Positions 9,524 through 18,046 are shown, numbered from the stretch's first letter. The stretch: 40,470 nt of DNA from an uncultured Gemmatimonadales bacterium (GCA_963842945.1 CAWJIM010000008.1:1-40470); one strand, 5' to 3'. Translations and numbers: made by a program. Notes: generated from the sequence alone by a model not told the origin.

Positions 9524-10411
9524 GTGACGAGATATCTGGGCGCGCATACAGTGGCCAATGGAGGCATCAGCATGGCCGCGCTTCGGGCGGGAAGCGCGGG
9601 CATGAAGGCGCTCCAGATCTTCACCGCGCCACCTCAGTACTATGGCGACAAGGCCACCATGAAGCCGGACCGGGTCCAGCGGTTCCGAGCGGCGCTCGAC
9701 AGCGTTGGAATTGCCCCGGAGCATGTCGTCGTCCACGCGGCGTACGTTCTCAACACCGCTACCGAGGACCCAACCAAGTCGGCTCGGGCGCGGGCCGGTC
9801 TCACCAAGGAGCTGGAGCGCTCCACGGCCCTCGGTGTGGGTGGGATCTGCTTTCATCCCGGGGCTGCCATCGGAGGAGACCGTCAGGCAGCCGCATGCCG
9901 CGTGGCCGAGGCCATTACCGAGGCACTGGAACAGGTACAGGGGAACACCCGGGTTCTAGTCGAGAACACGGCCGGCGCGGGCACCACGATCGGGCGGACG
10001 GCAGAGGAGATGGGCGCCATTCTCGCCGGCGTTCCTCAGCGGCTCAAACAGCGTACGGGGTACGGGTTGGACACCTGCCACCTGTTTTCGTCAGGACACG
10101 ATATCACCAGGTCGGAGGCAGAGTTCCGCAGGATTCTCGATCTGTTCGAGGAGGCAGCCGGATGTCCTCCATCGTTCTTCCATCTGAATGACAGCGAAGG
10201 GGCGCTGGGCTCGAATAAGGATCGTCATGTGCTCATCGGGCAAGGCAACATCGGGAGCGAAGCCTTCCGGTGGTTGCTTCAGGACGACCGGAGTGCGGAC
10301 ATCCCCCTGATCCTGGAGACTCCGCAACAGCATTATGACATTCCGGACGACGACCCCTCCGCCGATCCGTACGACCTCGCCATGATGAGCCTGCTCACCT
10401 CGCTCATGTAA
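9524..10411 (+). CDS. nfo: endonuclease IV (deoxyribonuclease IV)
   Basis: GAH, QIF, HAAYVLN, FHPG, ENTAG, LDTCH, HLNDS, KDRH and ILETP metal-binding motifs. Confidence 0.93.
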   Translation: MTRYLGAHTVANGGISMAALRAGSAGMKALQIFTAPPQYYGDKATMKPDRVQRFRAALDSVGIAPEHVVVHAAYVLNTATEDPTKSARARAGLTKELERSTALGVGGICFHPGAAIGGDRQAAACRVAEAITEALEQVQGNTRVLVENTAGAGTTIGRTAEEMGAILAGVPQRLKQRTGYGLDTCHLFSSGHDITRSEAEFRRILDLFEEAAGCPPSFFHLNDSEGALGSNKDRHVLIGQGNIGSEAFRWLLQDDRSADIPLILETPQQHYDIPDDDPSADPYDLAMMSLLTSLM

Positions 10412-10597
10412 GCACTTCGCTGGCAGGTCGCCCGGGCCAAGGGCCCGGCCTTTCGGCAAACAGTACCCTATCTCTCGCTCCGCAAGCTCTTACCTCACAA
10501 GCCTCCCAGCCCTTCGTCGCCTGCCGGCAGAGAACTGTGCGCACTTCTTGCGTAAACCCGGCCCCGGCACACGCTCAACTGCGAAAGGGACCGGATC

Positions 10598-11329
10598 ATT
10601 TCTTACCTGTCGAGTGGCTCAGGTTGGACCCAGCTCAGGAAGCCCAGTCGGGCGTTTCTGACCACGCTGGCGGCGGCAGGCTTTGCCGGCGCTCTGCTGC
10701 TGACGCCCAACGTTGAGCTTGCGGTGCCTTCCATTTCCGGCGGGATCTCCGCTCACCCACTGATGCTGAGGCGCCACGCTGCCGTGGCAACCAGAGTTCC
10801 CATCGACAGCACCGGGTGGGAACGGGAGGTCGTGGCCCGCTACGATCATCTGCCGCTCGCGCAGATCCTCAGCAACTCGGCCGATCCGGCGATGGCCAAC
10901 CGAGTGGCTCGTGCCATCGTGAAGGAAGCGCGAGAGCTGCAGCTCTCGCCCAGCCTGCTGACCGGCGTATTACTGACCGAGAATGCCCGGTTGGAGCCCG
11001 AGACGGTTAGCAATCGGGGCGCGGTTGGACTGATGCAGGTGATGCGGTTCCATGCCGGGGTCTTCGACTGTGATTCCGACGACCTGCTCCAGGTCGAGGC
11101 GAACATCTGCCACGGCGCTCGCGTCTTTGCCAGCTATCTGAAGCGAACCAGGGATGTGCGCTCTGCGCTCCTGCGGTACAACGGATGCGTGAAAACGAGA
11201 GCCACTCCGAGCTGCCGCCGCTACCCGGGGAAAGTCCTTCGCCAGGCCGACCAGATCCGCCACCAGTTACTGCTGTATTTGCCGCGGGAAAAACTCAGCA
11301 GCATTTGGACGTCGTCGCCGGCGTTGTAA
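10598..11329 (+). CDS. lytic transglycosylase (SLT domain); start uncertain (tracked ORF begins at 10724)
   Basis: LTEN (catalytic Glu), VSNRGAVGLMQV, ANICHG and ALLRYNG; in-frame signal/TM segment upstream of 10724. Confidence 0.85.
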   Translation: MSYLSSGSGWTQLRKPSRAFLTTLAAAGFAGALLLTPNVELAVPSISGGISAHPLMLRRHAAVATRVPIDSTGWEREVVARYDHLPLAQILSNSADPAMANRVARAIVKEARELQLSPSLLTGVLLTENARLEPETVSNRGAVGLMQVMRFHAGVFDCDSDDLLQVEANICHGARVFASYLKRTRDVRSALLRYNGCVKTRATPSCRRYPGKVLRQADQIRHQLLLYLPREKLSSIWTSSPAL

Positions 11330-11347
11330 GTCAAGGAAGTGAAATTG

Positions 11348-11375
11348 AAACGGCCCCCAAGGGGGCCGTTTTTTT
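11348..11375. terminator. intrinsic terminator, probably bidirectional
   Basis: AAACGGCCCC-CAAG-GGGGCCGTTT followed by a T run, between convergent SLT and YtxH genes. Confidence 0.85.
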
Positions 11376-11378
11376 ACG

Positions 11379-12008
11379 TCAGCTTGCCTGAGGCGTATCG
11401 TCGATCGGGGGCATTCCGGCCCGACTTTCCGGCCCTTGTTCCTGATCGGCCGTACTTTCGCGGTCCTGACGGAAACCGCCGCGCTGAAACCGATCCCACT
11501 GGTCGCCGGCGCGCCGCCGCATATCGGAGGCTGCTCCCTGCACCCGGGAACGCACCGGAGCCGCTCGCTCGCTGGTAAGAAAGTAGGTGGCCGCCACACC
11601 GGCCGCGAGCGCGACGATACTGCCGAAGGGACTCGAGTCCTCTTCCTCTCCGCTCAGGTCGATGTCTCGAATCCGGTCCTTGGCTTTGGCCCAGCGCTCC
11701 TCCACGTCTTCCCATTCCTCACCGGCATCCTCCCGGAGCTTGGCCAAGCGTTGCTTCGCCCGTTTCCGAACCTTGCTGCTAGCCTCCTGGACGTCTTCCA
11801 GGCTGCCGCCGACGCCCTCTCCCAGCGCCGCCAGACGTTTCCGCAGCAGCTTTCGCGTCTTGGTTCCAGGCTGAGGCGCGGCCAACAAGCCAATGCCCAC
11901 TCCGAGAAGCGTGGCCAGAAGGAGCGAGCTGGCTCCTGTTCCCCTCCGGGTACCGGTATCGAACCAAGGATCGAGCGGGTCTCCGTTCCCGCGCTTTGGT
12001 GAGGCCAT
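11379..12008 (-). CDS. YtxH domain protein
   Basis: LLGVGIGLLAAPQPGTKTRKLL motif followed by a charged coiled coil and a second hydrophobic segment. Confidence 0.8.
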   Translation of the reverse strand: MASPKRGNGDPLDPWFDTGTRRGTGASSLLLATLLGVGIGLLAAPQPGTKTRKLLRKRLAALGEGVGGSLEDVQEASSKVRKRAKQRLAKLREDAGEEWEDVEERWAKAKDRIRDIDLSGEEEDSSPFGSIVALAAGVAATYFLTSERAAPVRSRVQGAASDMRRRAGDQWDRFQRGGFRQDRESTADQEQGPESRAGMPPIDDTPQAS

Positions 12009-12435
12009 GAATCCCCCCAATCCCGCCCGGCAGGGGGCGAGCGTGATTGAACCGGATTGGTTCCGGATCTGCCAGTCCGAAACGTGGTATTCGCACACTA
12101 ATAAATACCCCAGAGGAGCGAAACGTCTTGCATTACACAGTCTGGGGTCGAAAAACGCACCAATTTGCAGTCCGGCCGATCCGGTAGCCCGGTGCCTTCC
12201 GGGTTGCCCTCCCGCCTGAGCCGGCGGCAGCAGCTCAGGACATAATGCCGCAAATTGATTGAGCTTACCAGTCCGCCCCGAGTCCTACTCCGCTCCAAGC
12301 TCAGGTTGATCCCGGAATAAGCACGGAATTGGCACCCCGACCGACCAATTCCCGGAGCGGCCGGCAAGGCCGTCTCGATCCTTTTTCCCCGGGCCTGGAC
12401 AGCGTGCCAAGTCCCACGAACCACCGAGTGTAGCC

Positions 12436-13725
12436 ATGTACCTCGTCGAACTCCGGCCGGGCAAGGAAGAACTCTATCGATCCAGCGACGAACTTGCCCT
12501 CGCCATCCGCAATGGCGATGTAGACGCGCGCTCCCGGGTATATCATCGGGCCACCGCCAAGTGGATCTCGATCACTCTGCATCCGCAATATCGGGCGATA
12601 GTTGCCGCGGCCAAGGAAGAGTCAGGCAGCCGGCCCCTCCGGCGGGTCTGGGGGATGCTGAGCGGCGGCAGCGCGGGTGAACTGGGGATGCCGCCACAGC
12701 AGCAAGGGCCGGCGAACGGCCCCGCCATTCAATACCGCTGGCGCCGCCCACTCGCGTTAGGTATTTCCGCGCTGCTGTTGATGTCTGGAATACAGCTGGC
12801 CTTCTCCGGACCGCGGCCTCAGTGGGCCAAGCCCGGTCGAGTGGCTGTAGCGGCGAAGACGGCGGAGACGACGCTGAGGTCAGCACCAGTGCAAAGAACC
12901 ATTCAGACCGAGGCCGAGGGCGACGAAACGGCTAGTGCACTGGTATCCCTGGCCAGCAACAGGGCCGTCTGGGACGAGCCGGCCGACAGCATCGAGACGG
13001 ACAACATCGAGGCGAAACCTGCTACCCCGTTGCAGACGGACAACATCGAGGCGAGACCTGCTACCCGGTTGCTGCCTCAGGCGCCGACGCTCCCCTCCAA
13101 GTCACTGCGGGACGCGTTAGCGCCGGGCGCCACCTCGACGATAGACAAGAATTCGCTGCAGGGCCTCATGGCTCGCTACACTGCTGCGCACGACGCCGCA
13201 CAGAGCCGGCTGGAGGCGGGTATGCGAGTGGCCCGTCTGACCAAGCTGTTTGCCTCCTCTCGGCTGAGCCCCGACGGCGGTATCACCGACACGCGGATGA
13301 GCCTGGCAGGAGCGTCCAACATCATCAGGGTGTACCGTCAGCAGCAGGCGGCCATCGAGAAGGCCTATCAGGACACGGTGACCTCCCTGGCGCGACAGCA
13401 GAGCTGGTCTCCCCGCAAGGTGCGCGAGTGGTATTCGCGTCCGCCGAGAAAGGAAGCTCCGGCGCTCGAGCTGATCAGCGGCTCGCTGGTGTCCAGCATT
13501 GACAGTCTTCTGGGAGTGCTGAACGCTCAGGCGGGGGCCTACAAGATTCGGGGGACCGCAATAGCCTTCGAGGATCCGACGGCGAGTGAGGCTTACGGTG
13601 GGTTGCGCCGCAAGATCAAAGAGCAGATCGATGCCGCGGTAGCGGCCGGCGGGGCAACATCTCCGGGTGTGGCCGGGCTCCTGCTGCAAGCAATCGGGAC
13701 CACGTCATTACCGCGGGAGACCTGA
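12436..13725 (+). CDS. hypothetical single-pass membrane protein
   Basis: 429-aa ORF: small N-terminal domain (ELALAIRNGDV...SRVYH...W), TM helix near residues 107-124, low-complexity linker, helical C-terminal domain. Confidence 0.75.
   Translation: MYLVELRPGKEELYRSSDELALAIRNGDVDARSRVYHRATAKWISITLHPQYRAIVAAAKEESGSRPLRRVWGMLSGGSAGELGMPPQQQGPANGPAIQYRWRRPLALGISALLLMSGIQLAFSGPRPQWAKPGRVAVAAKTAETTLRSAPVQRTIQTEAEGDETASALVSLASNRAVWDEPADSIETDNIEAKPATPLQTDNIEARPATRLLPQAPTLPSKSLRDALAPGATSTIDKNSLQGLMARYTAAHDAAQSRLEAGMRVARLTKLFASSRLSPDGGITDTRMSLAGASNIIRVYRQQQAAIEKAYQDTVTSLARQQSWSPRKVREWYSRPPRKEAPALELISGSLVSSIDSLLGVLNAQAGAYKIRGTAIAFEDPTASEAYGGLRRKIKEQIDAAVAAGGATSPGVAGLLLQAIGTTSLPRET
12995..13072 (+). 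repeat. 39-bp in-frame tandem duplication (2 copies, 2 mismatches)
   Basis: AGACGGACAACATCGAGGCGAAACCTGCTACCCCGTTGC then AGACGGACAACATCGAGGCGAGACCTGCTACCCGGTTGC. Confidence 0.95.
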
Positions 13726-14502
13726 AGCAGAAAGCTCGTCCCGTAACACCCTGTCAGGCACTTCACTCATCGCCCGCTCGGCCAGCATCCGCTCGCCCCG
13801 GGCGATAAGTGTTTGGGCCGCTTCTCGGGGAGAGACGCCACGACGGCGGCTGCCATGGTGGTCGGTTGCGAGGAGGTCTACCAGTCCGGCGGCGACCATC
13901 TGCCAGGCCAGTTGCTCCGAGCCCGGGCTCGAGGCCTGGTAGTGGCCGGTCAGGCTGCCGACATTGACCTGCAGCAAGGCTCCCATCTCCTGCCACGTGC
14001 GCATCACGTCGAGTGGTGCATGCCCCGGCAGGTAACGGTACCGCTCCGGATGAGCGATGACGATGTGCCGGCCTGCGTCGGCCGCTTCTCGCACCACATC
14101 GTTGTGGTTCCCCTGGAGGTCAAAGCCGAACTCCACCAGCAGGGACCTCCCCGGAAGTCCCACACCATACCGCCGTACCACTCGTCGCAGCTGGGCCGCA
14201 TCGGGCGCGAATATCTCCTGACCCAGCCAGAGCTCGGGCAGATCGGCCCGCCCGCTGGCCTGAGCGGCGAGTTCGTCAAAGGCCCGCCGATGGCGGGCCA
14301 GTTCGCGATCCACGGCAGCAGAGGTGTCGAGGTGGGGAACGAGCAAGTGCGGTGTGGTGACAACCGATCGTACGCCCTCCTGGTAGAGTCCGGCAAGCGA
14401 CTCCAGCGATTCGGCCATGGTACGGGTGCCATCATCCACCCCGGGAACGAGATGGCTATGCAGGTCGATGATCGGAAACGCGGTTTGGCTCTGATCGGAC
14501 AT
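13708..14502 (-). CDS. PHP-family protein tyrosine phosphatase (CpsB/CapC/YwqE-like)
   Basis: IDLHSHLVPGVDDG, TTPH, GQE, LVEF, IAHPERY, LQVN and ATDHH motifs. Confidence 0.9.
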   Translation of the reverse strand: MSDQSQTAFPIIDLHSHLVPGVDDGTRTMAESLESLAGLYQEGVRSVVTTPHLLVPHLDTSAAVDRELARHRRAFDELAAQASGRADLPELWLGQEIFAPDAAQLRRVVRRYGVGLPGRSLLVEFGFDLQGNHNDVVREAADAGRHIVIAHPERYRYLPGHAPLDVMRTWQEMGALLQVNVGSLTGHYQASSPGSEQLAWQMVAAGLVDLLATDHHGSRRRGVSPREAAQTLIARGERMLAERAMSEVPDRVLRDELSASGLPR

Positions 14503-14600
14503 GCTGCGAGTCTAAGGCAACGATCGGGCCAACAACAAGGTGGTCCCGCGGAACGCGGACGTGTAGTCTTCAGCACGCTACCACACCAGCGGAGTCTTAC

Positions 14601-15830
14601 GTGAGCACGGCTCGACGCACCCACGGGTTTCGCGAATCAGTAATCAGGGGGATGACCCGACTCGCGCGGGAACACCGGTCCATCAATCTGGCCCAGGGGT
14701 TTCCCAACTTTCCGGCGCCGGAGCTGTTGAAGGAAGCGGCGAGGCAGGCGATTCAGGACGACATCAACCAGTACGCGATCACCTGGGGTGCTCAGCGGCT
14801 GCGCGAAGCACTGGCCGGGAAATACCGCCAGTGGTACGGACTGGACGCAGATCCGGACCGGGAAATCACGGTGACCTGCGGCGCAACCGAAGCGATGATT
14901 TCCGTTCTGCTGGCCCTGGTGAATCCCGGCGATGAAGTCATTGTGTTCGAGCCCTTCTATGAAAACTACGGGCCGGACACCATTCTCGCCGACGCCAAAC
15001 CGGTGTACGTCCCACTCGAGCCGGGTCGGCCACTCGACCTCGAGCGCCTGGCGTCCGCGTTCTCGGATAGAACCCGAGCCATCATCGTCAACACACCCAG
15101 TAATCCGGCAGGCCGAGTCCTGAACCGAGCGGAGCTGGAGGCCATCGCCGAGCTGTGCATTCGGCACGATGCAATCGCGGTTACCGATGAGATCTACGAG
15201 CATATCCGCTTCGATGGAGATCACATCCCCATCGCGACACTGCCGGAGATGCGAGCCCGAACCGTCACCATCAGCGGGGCTTCGAAAACCTTCAGTGTGA
15301 CCGGGTGGAGAGTGGGCTGGATCATCGCTCCGCTCGAGATGACCGACGCCATCCGCAAGGTGCACGATTTCCTGACCGTGGGCGCGCCGGCGCCGCTGCA
15401 GGAAGGAGTGGCGGTGGCGCTGGAGGAACTGGGGCGGGAGTTCTACGACGGGCTGGCCCGGAGCTACCGGGCTCGCCGAGACCTGCTGCACTCCGCACTC
15501 ATCGAGACCGGTTTCCGTTGTACTCCGCCGGAAGGCGCGTACTACATCCTCGCTGACTTTTCCGGACTGCGCGAGCTGGTACCTTCTGGTCCCCAGCTCG
15601 ACGACACCGGCTTTGCCGTGTGGCTTTCCCGCGAGATCGGCGTCACGCCGGTTCCCGGCTCGAGCTTCTTTCCTCCCGGGGGAGGCCAGAGCACGGTGCG
15701 CTTCGTGTTCTGCAAGACCGACGACGTGCTGCTCGAGGCCACTCGGCGGCTCCGCACGCTTCCCGCCCGGACCGGCGACCCGGCGGTTCGTCCGCTCGAG
15801 CCCGCCACCCGCAGCGGACTGCAACGCTGA
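14601..15830 (+). CDS. PLP-dependent aminotransferase class I/II (YbdL/kynurenine-type)
   Basis: INLAQGFP, GATEA, NTPSNP, DEIYE, SKTFSVTGWRVG (PLP lysine) and RFVFCK motifs. Confidence 0.93.
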   Translation: MSTARRTHGFRESVIRGMTRLAREHRSINLAQGFPNFPAPELLKEAARQAIQDDINQYAITWGAQRLREALAGKYRQWYGLDADPDREITVTCGATEAMISVLLALVNPGDEVIVFEPFYENYGPDTILADAKPVYVPLEPGRPLDLERLASAFSDRTRAIIVNTPSNPAGRVLNRAELEAIAELCIRHDAIAVTDEIYEHIRFDGDHIPIATLPEMRARTVTISGASKTFSVTGWRVGWIIAPLEMTDAIRKVHDFLTVGAPAPLQEGVAVALEELGREFYDGLARSYRARRDLLHSALIETGFRCTPPEGAYYILADFSGLRELVPSGPQLDDTGFAVWLSREIGVTPVPGSSFFPPGGGQSTVRFVFCKTDDVLLEATRRLRTLPARTGDPAVRPLEPATRSGLQR

Positions 15831-16627
15831 CGGCTACCTCCCTGCCTGAATCGACTCGGCCGCTGGCCCTGGTTACCGGCGCGTCCGCCGGTATCGGCAA
15901 GGAATTTTGCCGACAGCTGGCGGCCGCCGGCTACGACCTCATGGTGGTGGCCCGGGATGCTAGTCGGTTGGAGGCCTTGCGGCTCGAGTTGGAGCAGCAG
16001 GCAATCTCGGTGGACGTCTTTCCCGCCGATCTCACTCGGGATGACGACGTGACTCGCCTGGTTGGCCTGGTCGCCGCATCGCCGAGACTCGAGCTGCTGG
16101 TGAATAATGCCGGGTTCGGCACTCGGGGTACCCTCGTGGATGCAAGCCCGTCACAGCAGGAGGCCATGCTTCGACTGCATACGATCGCGCCGATGCGGCT
16201 GAGTCAGGCGGCGCTACCGGCGATGCTGAAGCGAGGCCAGGGAGCCATCGTCAACGTTTCCTCCACCGCATCCTTTGTCTACTCGGCCGGAAACGTCAAC
16301 TACTGCGCCACCAAGGCATATCTCACCAACTTCAGCGAAGGACTGGCCGCGGAGCTTCGGGGCACCGGCGTTCAGGTCCAGGCTCTTTGTCCCGGATACA
16401 CCCATTCCGAGTTTCACGAACGGATGAAGGTTGATGTGAAGCTGATACCGGGATGGATGTGGCTCACGGCCCAACAGGTGGTGAGATCCTCATTGCGGAA
16501 CATCCGGCGTCGCGGCCCAGTGATATGCATCCCCGGTCTGCGGTACAAGCTGATCGTATTTGTACTCCGCCATCTACCCCGTTCCTTCATCGGCTGGGCG
16601 TCCCGCCAGCGGTCCACCGCGGTGTGA
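15827..16627 (+). CDS. short-chain dehydrogenase/reductase; start uncertain
   Basis: TGASAGIG, VNNAG, NVSS, YCATK and LCPG motifs. Confidence 0.9.
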   Translation: MTATSLPESTRPLALVTGASAGIGKEFCRQLAAAGYDLMVVARDASRLEALRLELEQQAISVDVFPADLTRDDDVTRLVGLVAASPRLELLVNNAGFGTRGTLVDASPSQQEAMLRLHTIAPMRLSQAALPAMLKRGQGAIVNVSSTASFVYSAGNVNYCATKAYLTNFSEGLAAELRGTGVQVQALCPGYTHSEFHERMKVDVKLIPGWMWLTAQQVVRSSLRNIRRRGPVICIPGLRYKLIVFVLRHLPRSFIGWASRQRSTAV

Positions 16628-16709
16628 GGCAGGGCGGCCGGCGGAGCAGATGGGACGACTAGGTGCAACAATCTGCAGTGTAGGTCAGATTCGGCAGCAC
16701 TCTTCCAAC

Positions 16710-16738
16710 ACCCCCCGCCAACACCGGGGGTCTTTTTT
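16710..16738 (+). terminator. probable intrinsic terminator
   Basis: ACCCCCCG-CCAACAC-CGGGGGT followed by CTTTTTT. Confidence 0.55.
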
Positions 16739-16813
16739 GCGACCGACTCCAGTTTTCGCGCCTCACGGCCGATACTCCGGGGGTAAGGACGGTCCCGGGC
16801 TCTCCAACCGCAG

Positions 16814-16829
16814 TGGCGTTGCTCTTGCT
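16814..16829 (+). promoter_or_regulatory. putative sigma-54 promoter
   Basis: TGGCGTTGCTCTTGCT (GG-N10-GC), about 57 nt before ATG 16886. Confidence 0.5.
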
Positions 16830-16885
16830 GTCTGGAACCACCTTCGCCTATTCCATCAGCGTCCCCAGGTCGAGCAGGAGGTCGG

Positions 16886-17779
16886 ATGAGGTACATCGCG
16901 CTTCTCGGAATTTTGGCCGTTGCGTCCACCGGATGTCGCAGCCGGGCCGAGCTGGCCAAGGCACTGGCAGAATCGAAGGCTGCGGAGGCCCAGAAAGACA
17001 GCCTGCTGACCGAGGTGCTGGAGACCACGCAATTCGTCAGTGACCTGAATAGTGAGCTGGCCAAGGCAAAGGCGATCGCGGCCTCGGCAGCAGGGACCGA
17101 CCGGGGTATGCCCGGCGCGCAACTCGACCGCGAGGAGCGCAAGGCTACGCTGGAGCGAATCCAGGACGTGATCGCGCGGCTCAACGAGAGCGAAGCCAAG
17201 CTCACTGCGACCGAGAACCGGGTCAAGAACGCCAAGATCCGCAATGCGAGATTGCTGGCGCAGATCACCAGCTACAAGCAGACCATCGAGGACTTGAAGA
17301 CGGCCGCCGAGCAGCAGCGCGCCGAGCAAGAGGCGATCATTGCCGATCAGCGCACTCAGATCGCCAATCTCTCAGGGCAAGTGGATGAGCTGAACGTGCA
17401 GACCGCGTCGCTGCGAGATACGGTGGTGCATTTGACCGCGTACAAGAATCGGGTGTACTACGCGGTTGGGACCAAGGATGAGCTGCTGAGAGATGGCGTC
17501 GTGACGAAGGAGGGCTCGAAGTTTCTCTTCTTCGGAGGGACTCGCCTGGAGCCGGCGCGCAAGCCCAACCTCGATGCCTTCAAGATGATCGACAAGACGC
17601 AGACCGTCTCCATCCCGCTTCCCCGCCCGGACAAGCGATACAAGATCGTCTCCCGGCAGAGTCCCGAGTACCTATCGGGCCAGGTGACGGAGAATGGACA
17701 GGTGGAGGGAGTGGTTGAGATCGCTCAGCCTGAGGAGTTCTGGTCGGCGTCGAAGTACCTGATTCTGGTCGAGAACTAG
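16886..17779 (+). CDS. coiled-coil lipoprotein resembling the Cbp1-type adhesin family
   Basis: AGGAGG RBS; lipobox STGC; long coiled coil; C-terminal YYAVGTKDEL...PEEFWSASKYLIL. Confidence 0.65.
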   Translation: MRYIALLGILAVASTGCRSRAELAKALAESKAAEAQKDSLLTEVLETTQFVSDLNSELAKAKAIAASAAGTDRGMPGAQLDREERKATLERIQDVIARLNESEAKLTATENRVKNAKIRNARLLAQITSYKQTIEDLKTAAEQQRAEQEAIIADQRTQIANLSGQVDELNVQTASLRDTVVHLTAYKNRVYYAVGTKDELLRDGVVTKEGSKFLFFGGTRLEPARKPNLDAFKMIDKTQTVSIPLPRPDKRYKIVSRQSPEYLSGQVTENGQVEGVVEIAQPEEFWSASKYLILVEN

Positions 17780-17798
17780 AGATATCTTCTCCTATATC

Positions 17799-17840
17799 TG
17801 CGGCGGGAGACGGGCTGACCGTTTCCCGCTGCATTTTTTT
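17799..17840 (+). terminator. intrinsic terminator
   Basis: TGCGGCGGGAGACGG-GCTGA-CCGTTTCCCGCTGCA followed by T7. Confidence 0.9.
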
Positions 17841-17846
17841 GCACCG

Positions 17847-17864
17847 TTGTGACGCACATCACAA
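17847..17864. promoter_or_regulatory. consensus CRP-type site TGTGA-N6-TCACA
   Basis: TTGTGACGCACATCACAA in an AT-rich intergenic region. Confidence 0.6.
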
Positions 17865-18046
17865 GGAATGGCATAGGTTTACAAACAATTTTGTCAACAT
17901 CCTCGACATATGTTGACGACCTTGAAGACCCCTCTAGTAGCCCCCAATTACTCCTCCCCGGTGATGCATAGCACCGCCAACCCTGCGACAGCGTCCATAT
18001 TGTCGCTTGTTACCCGATCCAGCCATTACTCTTTCCGGAGGTGCTC

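Noticed and set aside
12115..12200. Loose resemblance to a c-di-GMP-I riboswitch (ACGCA...CCGGCC...GGTAGC..GGTGCC)
   Set aside because: The P2 stem and GNRA/receptor spacing could not be built; it needs an Infernal search
17869..17884. TGGCATAGGTTTACA as a sigma-54 promoter
   Set aside because: There is no GC at the required GG-N10-GC position
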